This document shows, piece after piece, positions 38,082 to 50,100 of a DNA stretch of 64,000 nucleotides (positions are counted from its first letter, which is position 1; the number at the start of each line of letters is the position of its first letter). The notes under the pieces were generated by a model. The model did not search any database and was not told the origin of the DNA. It saw only the letters and a list, made by a program, of their open reading frames with translations. A program made the position numbers and the translations under genes. Source of the DNA: Azolla caroliniana (Eukaryota > Plantae > Polypodiophyta); NCBI GenBank assembly GCA_043228905.1, contig JBHGNT010000022.1, positions 3,224,001 to 3,288,000 of the forward strand, read 5' to 3'.

Positions 38082-41000
38082 GGATGCTCCGGGAAGACCC
38101 CACATCTGTACGATAAAACCGTGTACAATAGGTAGGAAATTTTGCTTCTCCGGCAGCGGAGCATGTGCGATGGTCGGCATCGCCGGCCGAGAGAAAACAA
38201 AGACGGAGGGGAGACTTCGAGCGTGCGGAGTTCTCGGCCCTGACGAAGAAATCAACGGAGCCGTGGAGGCAGTCTCCTTCGACGACACCTTGGGAATGCT
38301 GGGGAAGGTAGTCGAAGAAGACCTTAACGAAGACCGGACGATACCGGTATGTTCCGAAGAAATGTACGAAGTCATCGCGGACTTCGGTCGATGGCTCGAG
38401 TCGGAACGGACGGCCCGAGTTAGCACCAAGTACAAGACTGTGGACCGGAAGGTGAGGCCAGTTGCGGCGCCCTTACCGGAGGGCAGCGAATCCCGAATCA
38501 AAGGGGTTGCATCGGACCCCAGCTTACGAGATCCGGCCTGCATAGGACACACCTTCACGAACGAGACGCTCCGCGAGCTGAAGATCGGTGGGGGCGGGTT
38601 CCTACTGCCGGTGGAGGAAGACCGGTTTCGGAGGATGCTCGGAAGGCACGGGAAAGCCTTCGCATTCTCACCGGAGGAAATCGGGTGCGTAGACCCGACG
38701 ATCGTAGAGCCGATGGTGATATTCACGGTACCGCATGTACCGTGGAATCTCAAGCCAATTCCGGTTCCGAGAGCTCACATCCCGAAGTTGATGGAGCTGT
38801 TGAAGCAGAAAGTTGATATGGGCATTCTCGAGCCGTCGAGCGCCCCGTACTCGAACCGGTGGTTTACGGTACCAAAGAAAAACGGATCATTGCGCTTCAT
38901 TCAGGACCTGCAACCGGTCAATAGGGTGACCATTCGGAACGCAGGGATCGGACCAACCATAGACGAGTTCGCGGAGGCCTTCGCCGGAAGGTCGATTTAC
39001 TCGGTCGGTGATCTATATTCAGGGTACGACCAGTTCCAGCTAGCCGTGGAGAGCAGAGACATTACGACGATGCGAACTCCCCTCGGCCTAGTGCGGATGT
39101 GTACGCTGCCGCAAGGAGGGACCAACTCGGTGGCCCACATGGTGAATGCAATGAACAAGGTGCTGAGGGACTGCATCCCGGACATCACCATGCCGTTTCT
39201 AGACGACATCCCGATCAAGGGATGCCCGGTAGAAGAGAAGGATGAGACGATCGGGCCGGACGGATGCCGGCGATTCGTGGTGACGCACATCGACGACTGC
39301 GAGAAGGTGTTGCAAAGGCTAGAGGATGCGAGGCTCACCTTCTCGGGGGAGAAGTCAGCCTTCAGGCAGTCGGAAATCATGGTGGTCGGACATTTATGTG
39401 GACCGTATGGCCGGAGACCGTCTCCGGCAAAGGTAGAAGCCATCTCCGCGATGAAGCCTGATTGCAGCTCGGTCACGGAAGTACGAAGATTCTTGGGGGC
39501 ATGCGCCTTCTACCACATATGGATCCCGCATTACGCGCACGTCGCGGAACCGCTGTACGGATTATTGAAGAAAGGGCAAAGATTCGAATGGCTAGACAAG
39601 CACACGGAGTCGGTCCGGAAGCTGAAGGAGGCTCTTTCGGCAGCACCGGCGCTCCGAAAGGCCGTCTACAGGAAGGGCACCCCAGTGTACATAACGGTTG
39701 ACACGAGTCCGACCGGAATCGGGTGGGTCGTCAACCAAGAAGACGGGGACGGCGATCGGTTTCCGATCCGATTCGGCGCGAAGGTCCTCAGCGAACGGCA
39801 GCGAGGATACGCCCAGGTTAAACGCGAACTCTGGGGTATCGTTTCGGCGGTGAAGGCTGACAAGGACTATCTGATCGGGACAGAGGTAATCATAGAGACG
39901 GATTGCATGCCGATTCTCGGCATGGTTTCCGGATGCGCGACGCCGGACCTGGCAATGCTCAGGTGGATAGCGTACATCAAGTCCCTGGACCCGGAAATAC
40001 GACACATTTCCGGGAAAGACAACGCCATGGCCGACATGCTTTCAAGGGCGAGATTCGATGACGAGGGCGGCATGGTTTCGGAGGACGAAGAGGTCGGCGT
40101 GGACTTCTTCGAGACTGCGTATGTAACAACCGACGGAACAAGCACTTCGGCGCTTAACGACTTCGACGCGAGCAAGTACGACGGGGAGTGGCTGCAGATC
40201 GGTGGGTTTTTGAAGACAATGACGCCCGATGCGTCATGGACGAAGGACGAGGCCAACCGGATCCGGAAGAAAGCGTACCGGTTCTTTCTCCGGGATGGCT
40301 ATTTATGGAAACACCCGAAGAAGAGGGACGGCGCTCCGCCCCGGGTGGTGGCGATGAAGGAAGAACAGGAGGAGCTGCTGACGGCCTACCACGACAGCCC
40401 TTGGGCCGGACACCGTGGAACTTGGGCCACGTTCGAGAAGATAAAGGAGAAGTACTGGTGGCCGGGACTGTACCAGGACGTGCACCGATTAGTGACAACT
40501 TGCGAGAGCTGTCAGATGCACTCCGTGGTCCGACACCGGGACGAGCTTCACCCTACGTACCCTCCGACCATCCACTTCAAATGGATGGTAGATCTGGTGA
40601 CGATGCCAATGGGGGTAGGACAGATGCGGTACCTGGTCCTAGCACGGGAGGATCTGACGAACCAGGTGGAAGGCCGGGCCCTTCCGAACAAAACGACCGC
40701 GGCCGTATGTCGGTTCCTAATCGAGGACGTGATATGCCGGTACGGGTGCGTCGGGAAGATTGTGGCTGACCGAGGGGAGTTGGACGCCGAAGAAGCCGCG
40801 GAGCTGTTCGACCGGCTTGGAGTCAAGCTCTCGCTCACCACTGCGTACAATCCGGAGGCGAATGGAAAGGTGGAGCGCGGACACGGACCGATCGTCAAGG
40901 CGCTGGTTCGAGCATGCGGAGGCCAAGTCGGAAACTGGCCGCGGCTGCTACCTTATGCTTTGTGGGCAGACCGGACCACGCACAGTTCGGTAACCGGGTA

Positions 41001-41622
41001 CATGCCGACGGAGCTCATGTTCGGCCAGAAGCCGATCATGCCGATAGAACGGACGATCTCCTCGTGGGCAACGGTCGACTGGAGGGACGAGATGAGCCGG
41101 GAGGAGTTGTTGGCCGCACGTATACGACAGCTCGAGCGGAGACCGGAGGACGTGGCACTGGCTGCGGAGAAGCTCCGGGTGGCGAGGACAAAGAACAAAG
41201 CCCGGTTCGACCGAACGCACCGGCTCCGACTGAAGAAAATCGACGAAGGTGACTGGGTGCTCGTCTACGACAGCAGCCTCGACAACCAGCACCGAGCTAC
41301 ACGGAAGTTCGCACGAAGGTGGTTCGGGCCTTACGTGGTGCGGAGCGCCAATGACAACGGGACATATCACCTGGCGGAACTAGACGGCACGAGAATGGCG
41401 ATACCGGTTGCAGGGAAGCGGATCAAAGCGTTCAAGAAGCGACACGACGACGAGCCAGACCCAGCTCTCCTAGTCAGCAGTGACGAAAGATCCGAAAACG
41501 AGGAAGAACCGACGGGCGAAGAAATGAAGACGGGCCGGTTTTCTCCGTCCCAGCTCTCTTGGTGCATACCGGAGGATGCACGGTTAGGTGGGGGCGGATG
41601 TCGTGAAGAAAACCGTCCATAG
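38041..41622 (+). CDS. pol: Pol (RT-RNase H-integrase), in the -1 frame relative to gag
   Basis: DLYSGYDQ, LPQGGTNS and FLDD (RT); VDTS and ADMLSR (RH); H..H..CESC, WMVDL, ADRG and GKVERGH (IN); GPY motif. No stops from 38041. Confidence 0.94.
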   Translation, partial: FLERTAKAWGRDSPDAPGRPHICTIKPCTIGRKFCFSGSGACAMVGIAGREKTKTEGRLRACGVLGPDEEINGAVEAVSFDDTLGMLGKVVEEDLNEDRTIPVCSEEMYEVIADFGRWLESERTARVSTKYKTVDRKVRPVAAPLPEGSESRIKGVASDPSLRDPACIGHTFTNETLRELKIGGGGFLLPVEEDRFRRMLGRHGKAFAFSPEEIGCVDPTIVEPMVIFTVPHVPWNLKPIPVPRAHIPKLMELLKQKVDMGILEPSSAPYSNRWFTVPKKNGSLRFIQDLQPVNRVTIRNAGIGPTIDEFAEAFAGRSIYSVGDLYSGYDQFQLAVESRDITTMRTPLGLVRMCTLPQGGTNSVAHMVNAMNKVLRDCIPDITMPFLDDIPIKGCPVEEKDETIGPDGCRRFVVTHIDDCEKVLQRLEDARLTFSGEKSAFRQSEIMVVGHLCGPYGRRPSPAKVEAISAMKPDCSSVTEVRRFLGACAFYHIWIPHYAHVAEPLYGLLKKGQRFEWLDKHTESVRKLKEALSAAPALRKAVYRKGTPVYITVDTSPTGIGWVVNQEDGDGDRFPIRFGAKVLSERQRGYAQVKRELWGIVSAVKADKDYLIGTEVIIETDCMPILGMVSGCATPDLAMLRWIAYIKSLDPEIRHISGKDNAMADMLSRARFDDEGGMVSEDEEVGVDFFETAYVTTDGTSTSALNDFDASKYDGEWLQIGGFLKTMTPDASWTKDEANRIRKKAYRFFLRDGYLWKHPKKRDGAPPRVVAMKEEQEELLTAYHDSPWAGHRGTWATFEKIKEKYWWPGLYQDVHRLVTTCESCQMHSVVRHRDELHPTYPPTIHFKWMVDLVTMPMGVGQMRYLVLAREDLTNQVEGRALPNKTTAAVCRFLIEDVICRYGCVGKIVADRGELDAEEAAELFDRLGVKLSLTTAYNPEANGKVERGHGPIVKALVRACGGQVGNWPRLLPYALWADRTTHSSVTGYMPTELMFGQKPIMPIERTISSWATVDWRDEMSREELLAARIRQLERRPEDVALAAEKLRVARTKNKARFDRTHRLRLKKIDEGDWVLVYDSSLDNQHRATRKFARRWFGPYVVRSANDNGTYHLAELDGTRMAIPVAGKRIKAFKKRHDDEPDPALLVSSDERSENEEEPTGEEMKTGRFSPSQLSWCIPEDARLGGGGCREENRP

Positions 41623-42396
41623 GCGGAATCGGCGCACCAAGGCGTGGGAACCGGTTCTTCACGCGCGCACGCTCCGAGTTGTACATAGAAGCGAATTAGG
41701 AGGATAATCGGCGGGAACGGGCCCTAACACAAGTGGAGACAAAGACCGCGCGAACAGTCTTTTCGGTCGCGCGCGCGAGCGAAGGAACTGTACGAGTCGG
41801 CGGCGTAACTACGCGGATGCGTGAAGGACGAAGCGAATCCCTGTCCAAAAGGGACAGGGAATAAAGCTGACATGACGGCCTGCTAGTCGGCCTATATAAG
41901 GAGCAGGAAAGAGCTATTGCAGGGATCTCGCGTGGAGAGAACGAAGTGCTGTCGGACCGTTTCTGGACGCTTCTCTCTCTCTCTGTTTCCTTCCTTCTTG
42001 AGCTCCAGAGCTTTCTGTGCAGGGTTCCGAGGAGGCTTGCGCTGTTTCGAGGAACGCCCGAGTGCTTCCGGCAGCACCTCCGACCGGCTACCCCTTTGTG
42101 CGTCGAAGCGAACAGGCATCGGCATCTGTTCGCCGGCCTGTTCGGTTGTAACCAACCTGTGCCCCATCGAGGGTTGTAGTCGTGTTAGCCATAATTTTCT
42201 TAATATATATATTTAGTCATTCGCATCTGTCTGTGTCGGTGTTCGTTCGCGTTCTCCGTGCTGAAGGGCCGTGTCCCTGTGTATCCCCGGTCCTGCGTAG
42301 CCAGTTCTCTCTCTTCCTCCTCCCTCACTTGCTCTTTGGTTCGAGACCCCCGCGGTCCCGCCTCGTTTCCACACGCACTTGCATAATAACTCGACA

Positions 42397-45300
42397 CCGT
42401 TACGTTAAGGTTCTGGTCCGAAGGGGCGTGCGTTCCAATCCCACTCTCATCATCGATGTAAAATGAACATGCTTCGTTATGGGGACGGGTTGATTAGGAA
42501 ACACGATAGGCAGATGAGGTGGCCAAGTTGGCCTCAAGCGCTAGAATAAGGTTATAGTCTGAAAGGGCATGGGTTCAAATCCCACTCTCATCATCGATGT
42601 AAAATGAACATGCTTCGTTCTGGTGACGGTTTTATTAGGGTACACGATAGGGCGATGAGGTGGCCGAGTTGGTATAAGGCGCTAGATTAAGGTTCTAGTC
42701 CAAAAACGCGTTGGTTCAAATCCCACTCTCATCATCGATGTAAAATGAACATGCTCCGTTATGGGGACGGGTTGATTAGGTGGATGAGGTGGCCGAGTTG
42801 GCCTCAAGCGCTAGAATAAGGTTATAGTCTGAAAGGGCATGGGTTCAAATCCCACTCTCATCATCGATGTAAATTGAAAATGCTTCGCTTTGGTTCTAGA
42901 CCGAAAGGGGGTGGGTTCAAATACCACTCTCATCATTGATGTAAAATGAACATGGTTCGTTTTGGCGACGGGTTGATTTGGCAACAAGATAAGAGGATGA
43001 GGTGGCCGAGTTGGTGTAAGGCGCTAGATTAAGGTTCTATTGCGAAAGGGGGTGGGTTCAAATCACACTGTCATCATCGATGAAAAATGAACATGGGTCG
43101 TTTTCGCGATGAGTTTATTAGGCAACACGATAAGCGGATGAGGTGGCAAACTTGGTCAACGGCGCTTGATTAAGTTTCTAGTCCGAAAGGGCGTGGGTTC
43201 AAATCCCACTCTCATCATCGATGTAAAATGAACATGCTTCATTTTGGCGATGAGTTGATTAGGAAACAAGATAAGTTGATGAGGTTGGCTAGTTAGTCTA
43301 AGGTGCTAAATTAAGGTTCTAGTCTAAAAGGGCGTGGGTTCAAATCCCACTCTCATGATCGATGTAAAATGAACATGCTTCGTTTTTGTGATGGGTTGAT
43401 TAGGCAACATGATAACCAGATGAGGTGGTCAAAGGCGCTAGATTAAGGTTCTAGTCCGAAAGGGTGTTGGTTCATATCCCACTCTCATCATCGATGTAAA
43501 ATGAACATGTTTCATTTTGGTGACAAGGTTATTAGACAACATGATAAGCGGATGAGTTGGCCGAGTGGGACTAAGGCGCTAGATTAAGGTTCTAGTACGA
43601 AAGAGCGTGGGTTCAAATCCCACTCTCATCATCGATGTAAAATGAACATGCTTCGTTTTTTGTGATGGGTTTATTAGGCAACACGATAAGTGGATTAGAT
43701 GGCCGAGTGGGACTAAGGCGCTAGATTAAGATTCTAGTACGAAAGAGCGTGGGTTCAAATCCCACTCTCATCATCGATGTAAAATGAACATGCTTCGTTT
43801 TTGTGCTCGGTTGATTAGGTAACACGATACGCGGATGACGTGGCCGAATTGGTCTATTGTGCTTGATAAAGGTGCTAGCCGAAAGGGCGTGGGTTCAAAT
43901 CCCATTCTCATCATCCATGTAAAATGAACATGCTTCGTTTTGGCGACGAGTTTATTCGGAAACACGATAAGTGGATGAGGTGGCCAACTTGGTCAAAGGC
44001 GCTAGACTAAGTTTCTAGTTCAAAAGGGTGTGGGTTCAGATCCCGCTCTCATCATCGATGTAAAATGAGCATGCATTGTTTTGGCGATGGGTTGATTAGG
44101 CAACATGATAAGGGGATGCGGTGGCCGAGTTGGTCTCAGGAGCTAGAATAAGGTTCTAGTCTGAAAGGGCGTGGGTGCAAATCCCACACTCATCCTCGAT
44201 GTAAAATGAACATGCTCCGTTTTGGTGACGGGTTTATTAGGGAACGCGATAAGCAGATGAGGTGACTGAGTTGGTATAAGTCGTTTGATTAATGTTCTAG
44301 TCCGAAAACGCGTTGGTTCAAATCCCACTCTCATCATCGATGTAAAATGAACATGCTTCGTTATGAGAACGAGTTTATTAGGGAACACGATAAGCGGATG
44401 AGGTGGCCGAGTCATCATTGATGTAAAATGAACATGCTTCGTTATGGGGACGAGTTGATTAGGGAACACGAGGCGGAGTTGGGCTTAGGCCCTAGAATAA
44501 GGTTCTAGTCCTAAAGGGTGTGGGTTTAAATTCCAGTCTCATAATCGATGTAAAATGAAAATGCTTCGTTTTGGTTCTAGTCCGGAAGGGGGTGGGTTCA
44601 AATCCCACTCTCATCATCGATGTAAAGTAAACATGGTTCGTTTTGGTGACGGGTTGATTTGACAACACGATAAGAGGATGAGGTGGTCGAGTTGGTGTAA
44701 GGCGCTACATTAAGGTTCTAGTGCGAAAGGGGGTGGGTTCAAATCGCATTGTCATCATCGATGTAAAATGAACATGGATCGTTTTGGCGACGAGTTTATT
44801 AGGAAACACGATAAGCGGATAAGGTGGCCGACTTGGTCAAACGTGCTAGATTAATTTTCTAGTCCGAAAGGGCGTGGGTTCAAATCCCACTCTCATCATC
44901 GATGTAAAATAAACATGCTTCGGTTTGGTGACGAGTTGATTAGACAACACGATAAGCAAATGAAGTAGCCGAGGTGGTCTAAGGTTCTAGATTAAGGTTC
45001 TAGTCCGAACGGGTGTGCGTTCAAATCCCACTCTCATCATCAATGTAAAATGAACATGCTTCGTTTAGGTTACGAGCTGATATCAGAAACAGAAGTGGAT
45101 GAGCTAGCCGAGGTTGTCTAAGGCGCTAGATTAAGGTTCTAGTCCGAAAGGGCATGTGTTCAGATTAAGATTCTAGTCTGGCCGATCTCTGGATCGATGT
45201 TAAATGAACATGTGTTGTTTAGGCCCCGAGTTGATTAAGCAACACGATAAGTGGATGAGGTGGCTGAGTTGGTTTAAGGTTCTAGTCCGAAAGGGCGTGG

Positions 45301-45654
45301 GTTCAAATCCCATTCTCATCATCTATGTAAAATGAACATGTAACATTTAGGTTACGAGCTGATATCCTAAATGAAAGTGGATGAGATGGCCGAGTTGGTC
45401 TAAGGCACTGGATTAAGGTTCTAGTGTGAAAGGGTGTGCATTCAGATTAAGGTTCTAGTCTGAATGGGCATGGGTTCATATCTTGATCTCATCATCGATG
45501 TTAAATGAACATGTGTCGTTTAGGCAACGAGTTGATTAAGCAACCCGATAATTGGATGAGGTGGCTGAGTTGGTTTAAGGTGTTAGGTTAAGGTTCTAGT
45601 TCGAAAGTGTGTGGGTTCAAACCCCACGCTCATCATCAATGTAAAATGAACATG
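42397..45654 (+). repeat. Tandem tRNA-Leu(AAG) satellite, about 24 monomers
   Basis: Same monomer; resumes exactly at the CCGT TSD. Confidence 0.96.
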
Positions 45655-46475
45655 TAACGCAGAATATGTTAGATGCTTGGGGAAATATTGTATCTATCGA
45701 GACATTTTAAATCGAAGGTATTTTTTATGCAAGACTAGATGATTATGATTATGTGTATAGGCTATTAGGTGACAAACCAGTGGCGTACATGTACTCTCAT
45801 TTGGTCAAGTGCATCAATGTCCCAATGTCGCAATATAATAGTTGCTCAGGTTTATACATAGTTAGTGATAATGCGTATGAATGTATTTACAAATCTATGC
45901 CATGGAATTTGTAGAGCTACAAGTAGCAATTACCAGTTGTCTTCTAAAACAAACAAAGCACATGTATTGCAAATAAACAGTTTAATGAACCTGTTTGGGA
46001 GTTTGTTTTTTGATATACAGTGTACTTTTTGTGCTTCTTTCTCAATAAAATCCTGTGTTTTTTTTATATACAGTCTTCTTTCTGTACTTCTTTCTATTCT
46101 TCTTTCTTAAAAACTAGTTTTTAATAATATCGTTTAGGGTTCTTCTTTCTGAGATACAGATTTACTCAAGTGAACCATGTAAAAGTTAAAATAGTTTGCA
46201 TAAAAGATATGCATACCGAGCTCAGTATGGAGTCCACAACGATGCAATTGGTTGGCAGCTCAATGTTTTCACCAATTGTGTTCAGGCATTTCCTCGAGTA
46301 GAATGAGACAGCATATGTGAATGTTGAAGTAATGCCGGAAATGTTATGTATCCAAAATCAATGTATTGTCGGCATTATAATTTGGCCAAGTGGCCCAAAA
46401 ATTAGAAAGTCTTTTGAATCTTGCAACATCCTTCTGCTCACAATTCTCTCGTGTCCACTGACCCTTGAAATGTTG

Positions 46476-47084
46476 TCACCACTTCGGGAAGAATTTTTCT
46501 ACACACTTCCACACATCTATACATGGTTTTTCACTCCAAATAAACAAATCAAAGTATTGCACAACCCACTCTAGAAATTGATTTGCATCCCTCCTTGGTG
46601 TCATATATCGCACACTCATCAAAACTTTATCAAGCTCCAAGATCAAGGCTCTTCTTTCGACTTCTAATGGTTTAGGTTTCCATTCCTGTAACTGAGCCTC
46701 TATTACACCAATTACTGGTAGCACACGATCAATTTCAATCAACTCAGGTTCTATCGGCACAATTGGTGTCCTTTTCCTCTTCAAACCCATGGTCGACTGT
46801 GTTGGGCCTGGCTTCACATTCTGGTGCTCTTGTATTGTCGACTTAGTCATTAGCTCGATGCATGTAGATACTGATCTGGTCGATATCAACCCATTGGTAT
46901 CACATGCTGCATCAACTTGCGTGACCAGATCATTTGTGTCAGTTGCTACATCTACTTTCAAGATGTGGCCCTCGAAACACGCAGCAACATCAACAATTTC
47001 CACACTGCCATCAGCCTTAGGAGCAATAGATTCAAACCCTTTAGAGTCTGCAACATCAGAAAACACCAACATATTCACACTCAC
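46476..47084 (-). pseudogene. Exon of the accessory gene, mostly deleted in copy 1
   Basis: 202-codon open frame; its 3' part matches about 23250-23385. Confidence 0.5.
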
Positions 47085-47100
47085 AAAGTAACTAACAGTC

Positions 47101-50100
47101 TGTTGGGATTACGGTCCCTTCGGATGGGATGGTCGGATATCGGAGATGAATGCCGACAAGCCCGGTTTCGGTTTCGGATCCGGATGACGAAGACCCCGGT
47201 TTCGGTACCGGATGACGAATGTACCCGGAGAGCGATCCGGATGCAGGGACATATCCGTGAATATGTTCGCTATGGGCCCCTGAGGCTACAGTTGTAAATA
47301 GCCCAAAGTCATATAAGTATAAATATGACTTAGGGCAAACAGTTTTGTTGTTGCTTCTCATTTTTCTGTTATTCCACTCAAGAGGAGTGAAGTGTAAGCA
47401 GCCGTGAGAGAGAGAGAGAGAGAGATAGAGCGCGAGAGAGGAAGAGGTAGACGCCTCTGTGTATTTCCGCCGCCTGTGGCGAGGACAGCGAGCTCAAGGT
47501 CGTCGCCTTGCAGCTCGCCATTGTATACTTCTCTGTATAGTGTTGGGTTGGAGTCTTGTACTCCCGTGGTTTTTTCCCGTCTGGGTTTTCCACGTTAATC
47601 CCTGTGTACTCGCGTTTTTCTTTTTTTTGTTTTTCGTGTGGTTCCTATTTTCTGCTGCATTGATCCGCGATTACTCGGTTGTGGCCGAGTGAAGAAGGTG
47701 AATCGAAGCGTTGATTCTCAACAAACTGGTATCAGAGCGACTGTTGCAGAAAATGGAAGGCGGCGGCAGCGGGCAGCCGGGGATGATGGTGCTGAATGCA
47801 CAGAATTACGCCGACTGGAAGATCAAGATGGAGGATCTTCTGATTGTTCGGGACCTGTACGAACCGATTGACAGGTCGGAAATACCGAAGGGGGTACTTG
47901 AGTCGGAGTGGAAGCTCCTGAACCGGAAAGCCGTAGCGACGATCCGACAATATGTCGATGTAAGCATCCTACAACATGTGGCGAACGACACCAACGCATA
48001 TGAGATGTGGAAGAAGCTGTCGGGCCTCTACGAGAGGAAGAATGCGTTGAACCGGACCTCCCTGATGAGGAAGATAGTGAACCTCAAGTACCGGGACGGC
48101 GAGAGTATGGTTGAACACGTAAGGACGTTCATGGGATTCGTGAACCAGCTTGCGGCGATTAAGTTCCCGTTGGAGGATGCAATGCAAGCCATCATCCTGA
48201 TGTGTACATTGCCAGAAAGCTGGGAGAACTTGGTGGTGACTCTCAGCACCTCCTGCACCGAAGATAACTTGTCCTTACAAACGGTAAAGACAAGTATTTT
48301 GAATGAAGAAGCGCGTCGGAGAGATAAGGAACCGGCCTCCGCCCCGAAGATGTTGTTTACCGAATCGGATCGGGGAAGACAATGGAACCGGAGTCCGCAA
48401 AGACGGGAGAAGTCGGGGACCCGGTCGCAGTCAAGAGGAAGGCCCACATGCTTCCACTGTGGGAAGCCGGGGCACTTCCGAAAGAATTGTCGGCATTACC
48501 GAAAAGACAATGGAACCGACAACACCGATTCGAAGAAGTCACCGGAGAGAAACGGTGCATACCGGGGAGCCACGGACCGGAATGGTTCGGATCGGCGAGG
48601 ACAGGACCGGAAAGGAACGACGGCACTCGCGGCAAGTGAAGAGGAGATCATGCTCATCACCGAAGAAGGTGAACTAAACATTGCCGGCGATGAGACGACC
48701 TGGGTGGTCGATTCCGGAGCATCGTTCCACCTGACCCCGGAGAGAAGATACTTCTCATCCTACACAGCCGGCGAGCATGGCTGTGTTCGGATGGGAAACG
48801 AAGGTACGTGCCGGATTGCCGGCATAGGAGACGTGTGGTTGACAACCCCGACCGGATGCAAAATGCTGCTGAAGAATGTCCGACACGTTCCGGAGGTCCG
48901 ACTAAACCTGATTTCGGCCGGGAGGCTAGATGATGAAGGCTACACGGGTAGCATCCGGAACGGTGTCATGAAGTTCAGCAAGGGGAGCTTGATAGTGGCT
49001 CGGGCCCGGAAGGTCAACACACTGTACCTGATGAATGCCTGGTTATGTCCTGAAGAGCTGAATGTGGCAGCCGACACTGCCGGTGAGCTGTGGCACAAAA
49101 GACTGTGTCACATGAGTGAGAAGGGGATGAAGAGGCTTGCAGAAGACAACCTTATTCCAGTGAAGCATGTGCACCTGGAGAAGTGCACCGATTGCCTGGC
49201 CGGTAAGCAGAACCGAACCTCCTTCCACTCAAGGCCACCGACGAGACGTAGCGCACCATTGGAGTTGGTGCACACCGACGTGTGTCAGGTAGAAACGAAG
49301 TCACATGGCGGAGCCCAGTACTTCGTAACTTTCATAGATGATCACAGCCGAAGACTGTGGACGGCACCGTTGAAGACAAAGGACCAAGTGTTGTGCGTCT
49401 TCAAAGAACTCCACGCGAGAGTGGAAAGGGAATCCGGCAAGAAGCTGAAAGCGATACGAGCGGATAACGGAGGGGAATACCGGGGGCAGTTCCAGGAGTA
49501 CTGTCGCTCGAAGGGAATCCGGCTCGAGTTTACTGTGCCGAAGACGCCGGAACTGAACGAGCTGGCCGAGAGGATGAACCGGACCATAATGGAGAGGGTT
49601 CGGAGTATGCTGGCGCATGCGAAATTACCCAAGGGGTTTTGGGCTGAGGCAATGTCGACGGCGACATATGTGATAAACCGATCACCCTCAGTACCTTTGG
49701 ACGGAGACACGCCGCAGAGAGTGTGGACCGGTAGGGAAGTATCCTACCGGCATCTGAGGGTGTTCAAGCTGAAACCGGGAGATGCCGGAAACCCCCCGAG
49801 ATACAAAGCCAGGATCGTGGTGAAGGGGTTTCAGCAAAAGAAGGGCGTCGACTTCGACGAGATATTTGCCCCGGTAGTGAAGATGACCTCCATCCGGACG
49901 GTGCTGAGCATAGCGGCAAGCATGGACCTCGAGGTAGAACAGATGGACGTGAAGACGGCATTCCTTCACGGTGACCTCGAAGAAGAGATCTACATGCAGC
50001 AACCGGAAGGATTCGAGAAGGAAGGGAAGGAGCACCTGGTATGCCGGTTGAAGAAGAGCCTTTACGGACTGAAGCAGGCTCCCCGGCAATGGTACCGGAA

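Larger units (their letters stand above)
35080..42396 (+). mobile_element. Young, apparently intact non-chromovirus Ty3/gypsy retrotransposon (possibly Phygy/Selgy-like)
   Basis: 798-bp LTRs at 35080-35877 and 41599-42396 (3 mismatches seen). TSD CCGT; PBS TGGTGAACCCGACGTGAA (tRNA-Trp) at 35881-35898; PPT AGGTGGGGGCGGA. Domain order gag-PR then RT-RH-IN. Confidence 0.97.

Noticed and set aside
38170-38172. Independent ATG start for pol
   Set aside because: The frame is open back to the slippery site, so frameshifting is the simpler explanation.
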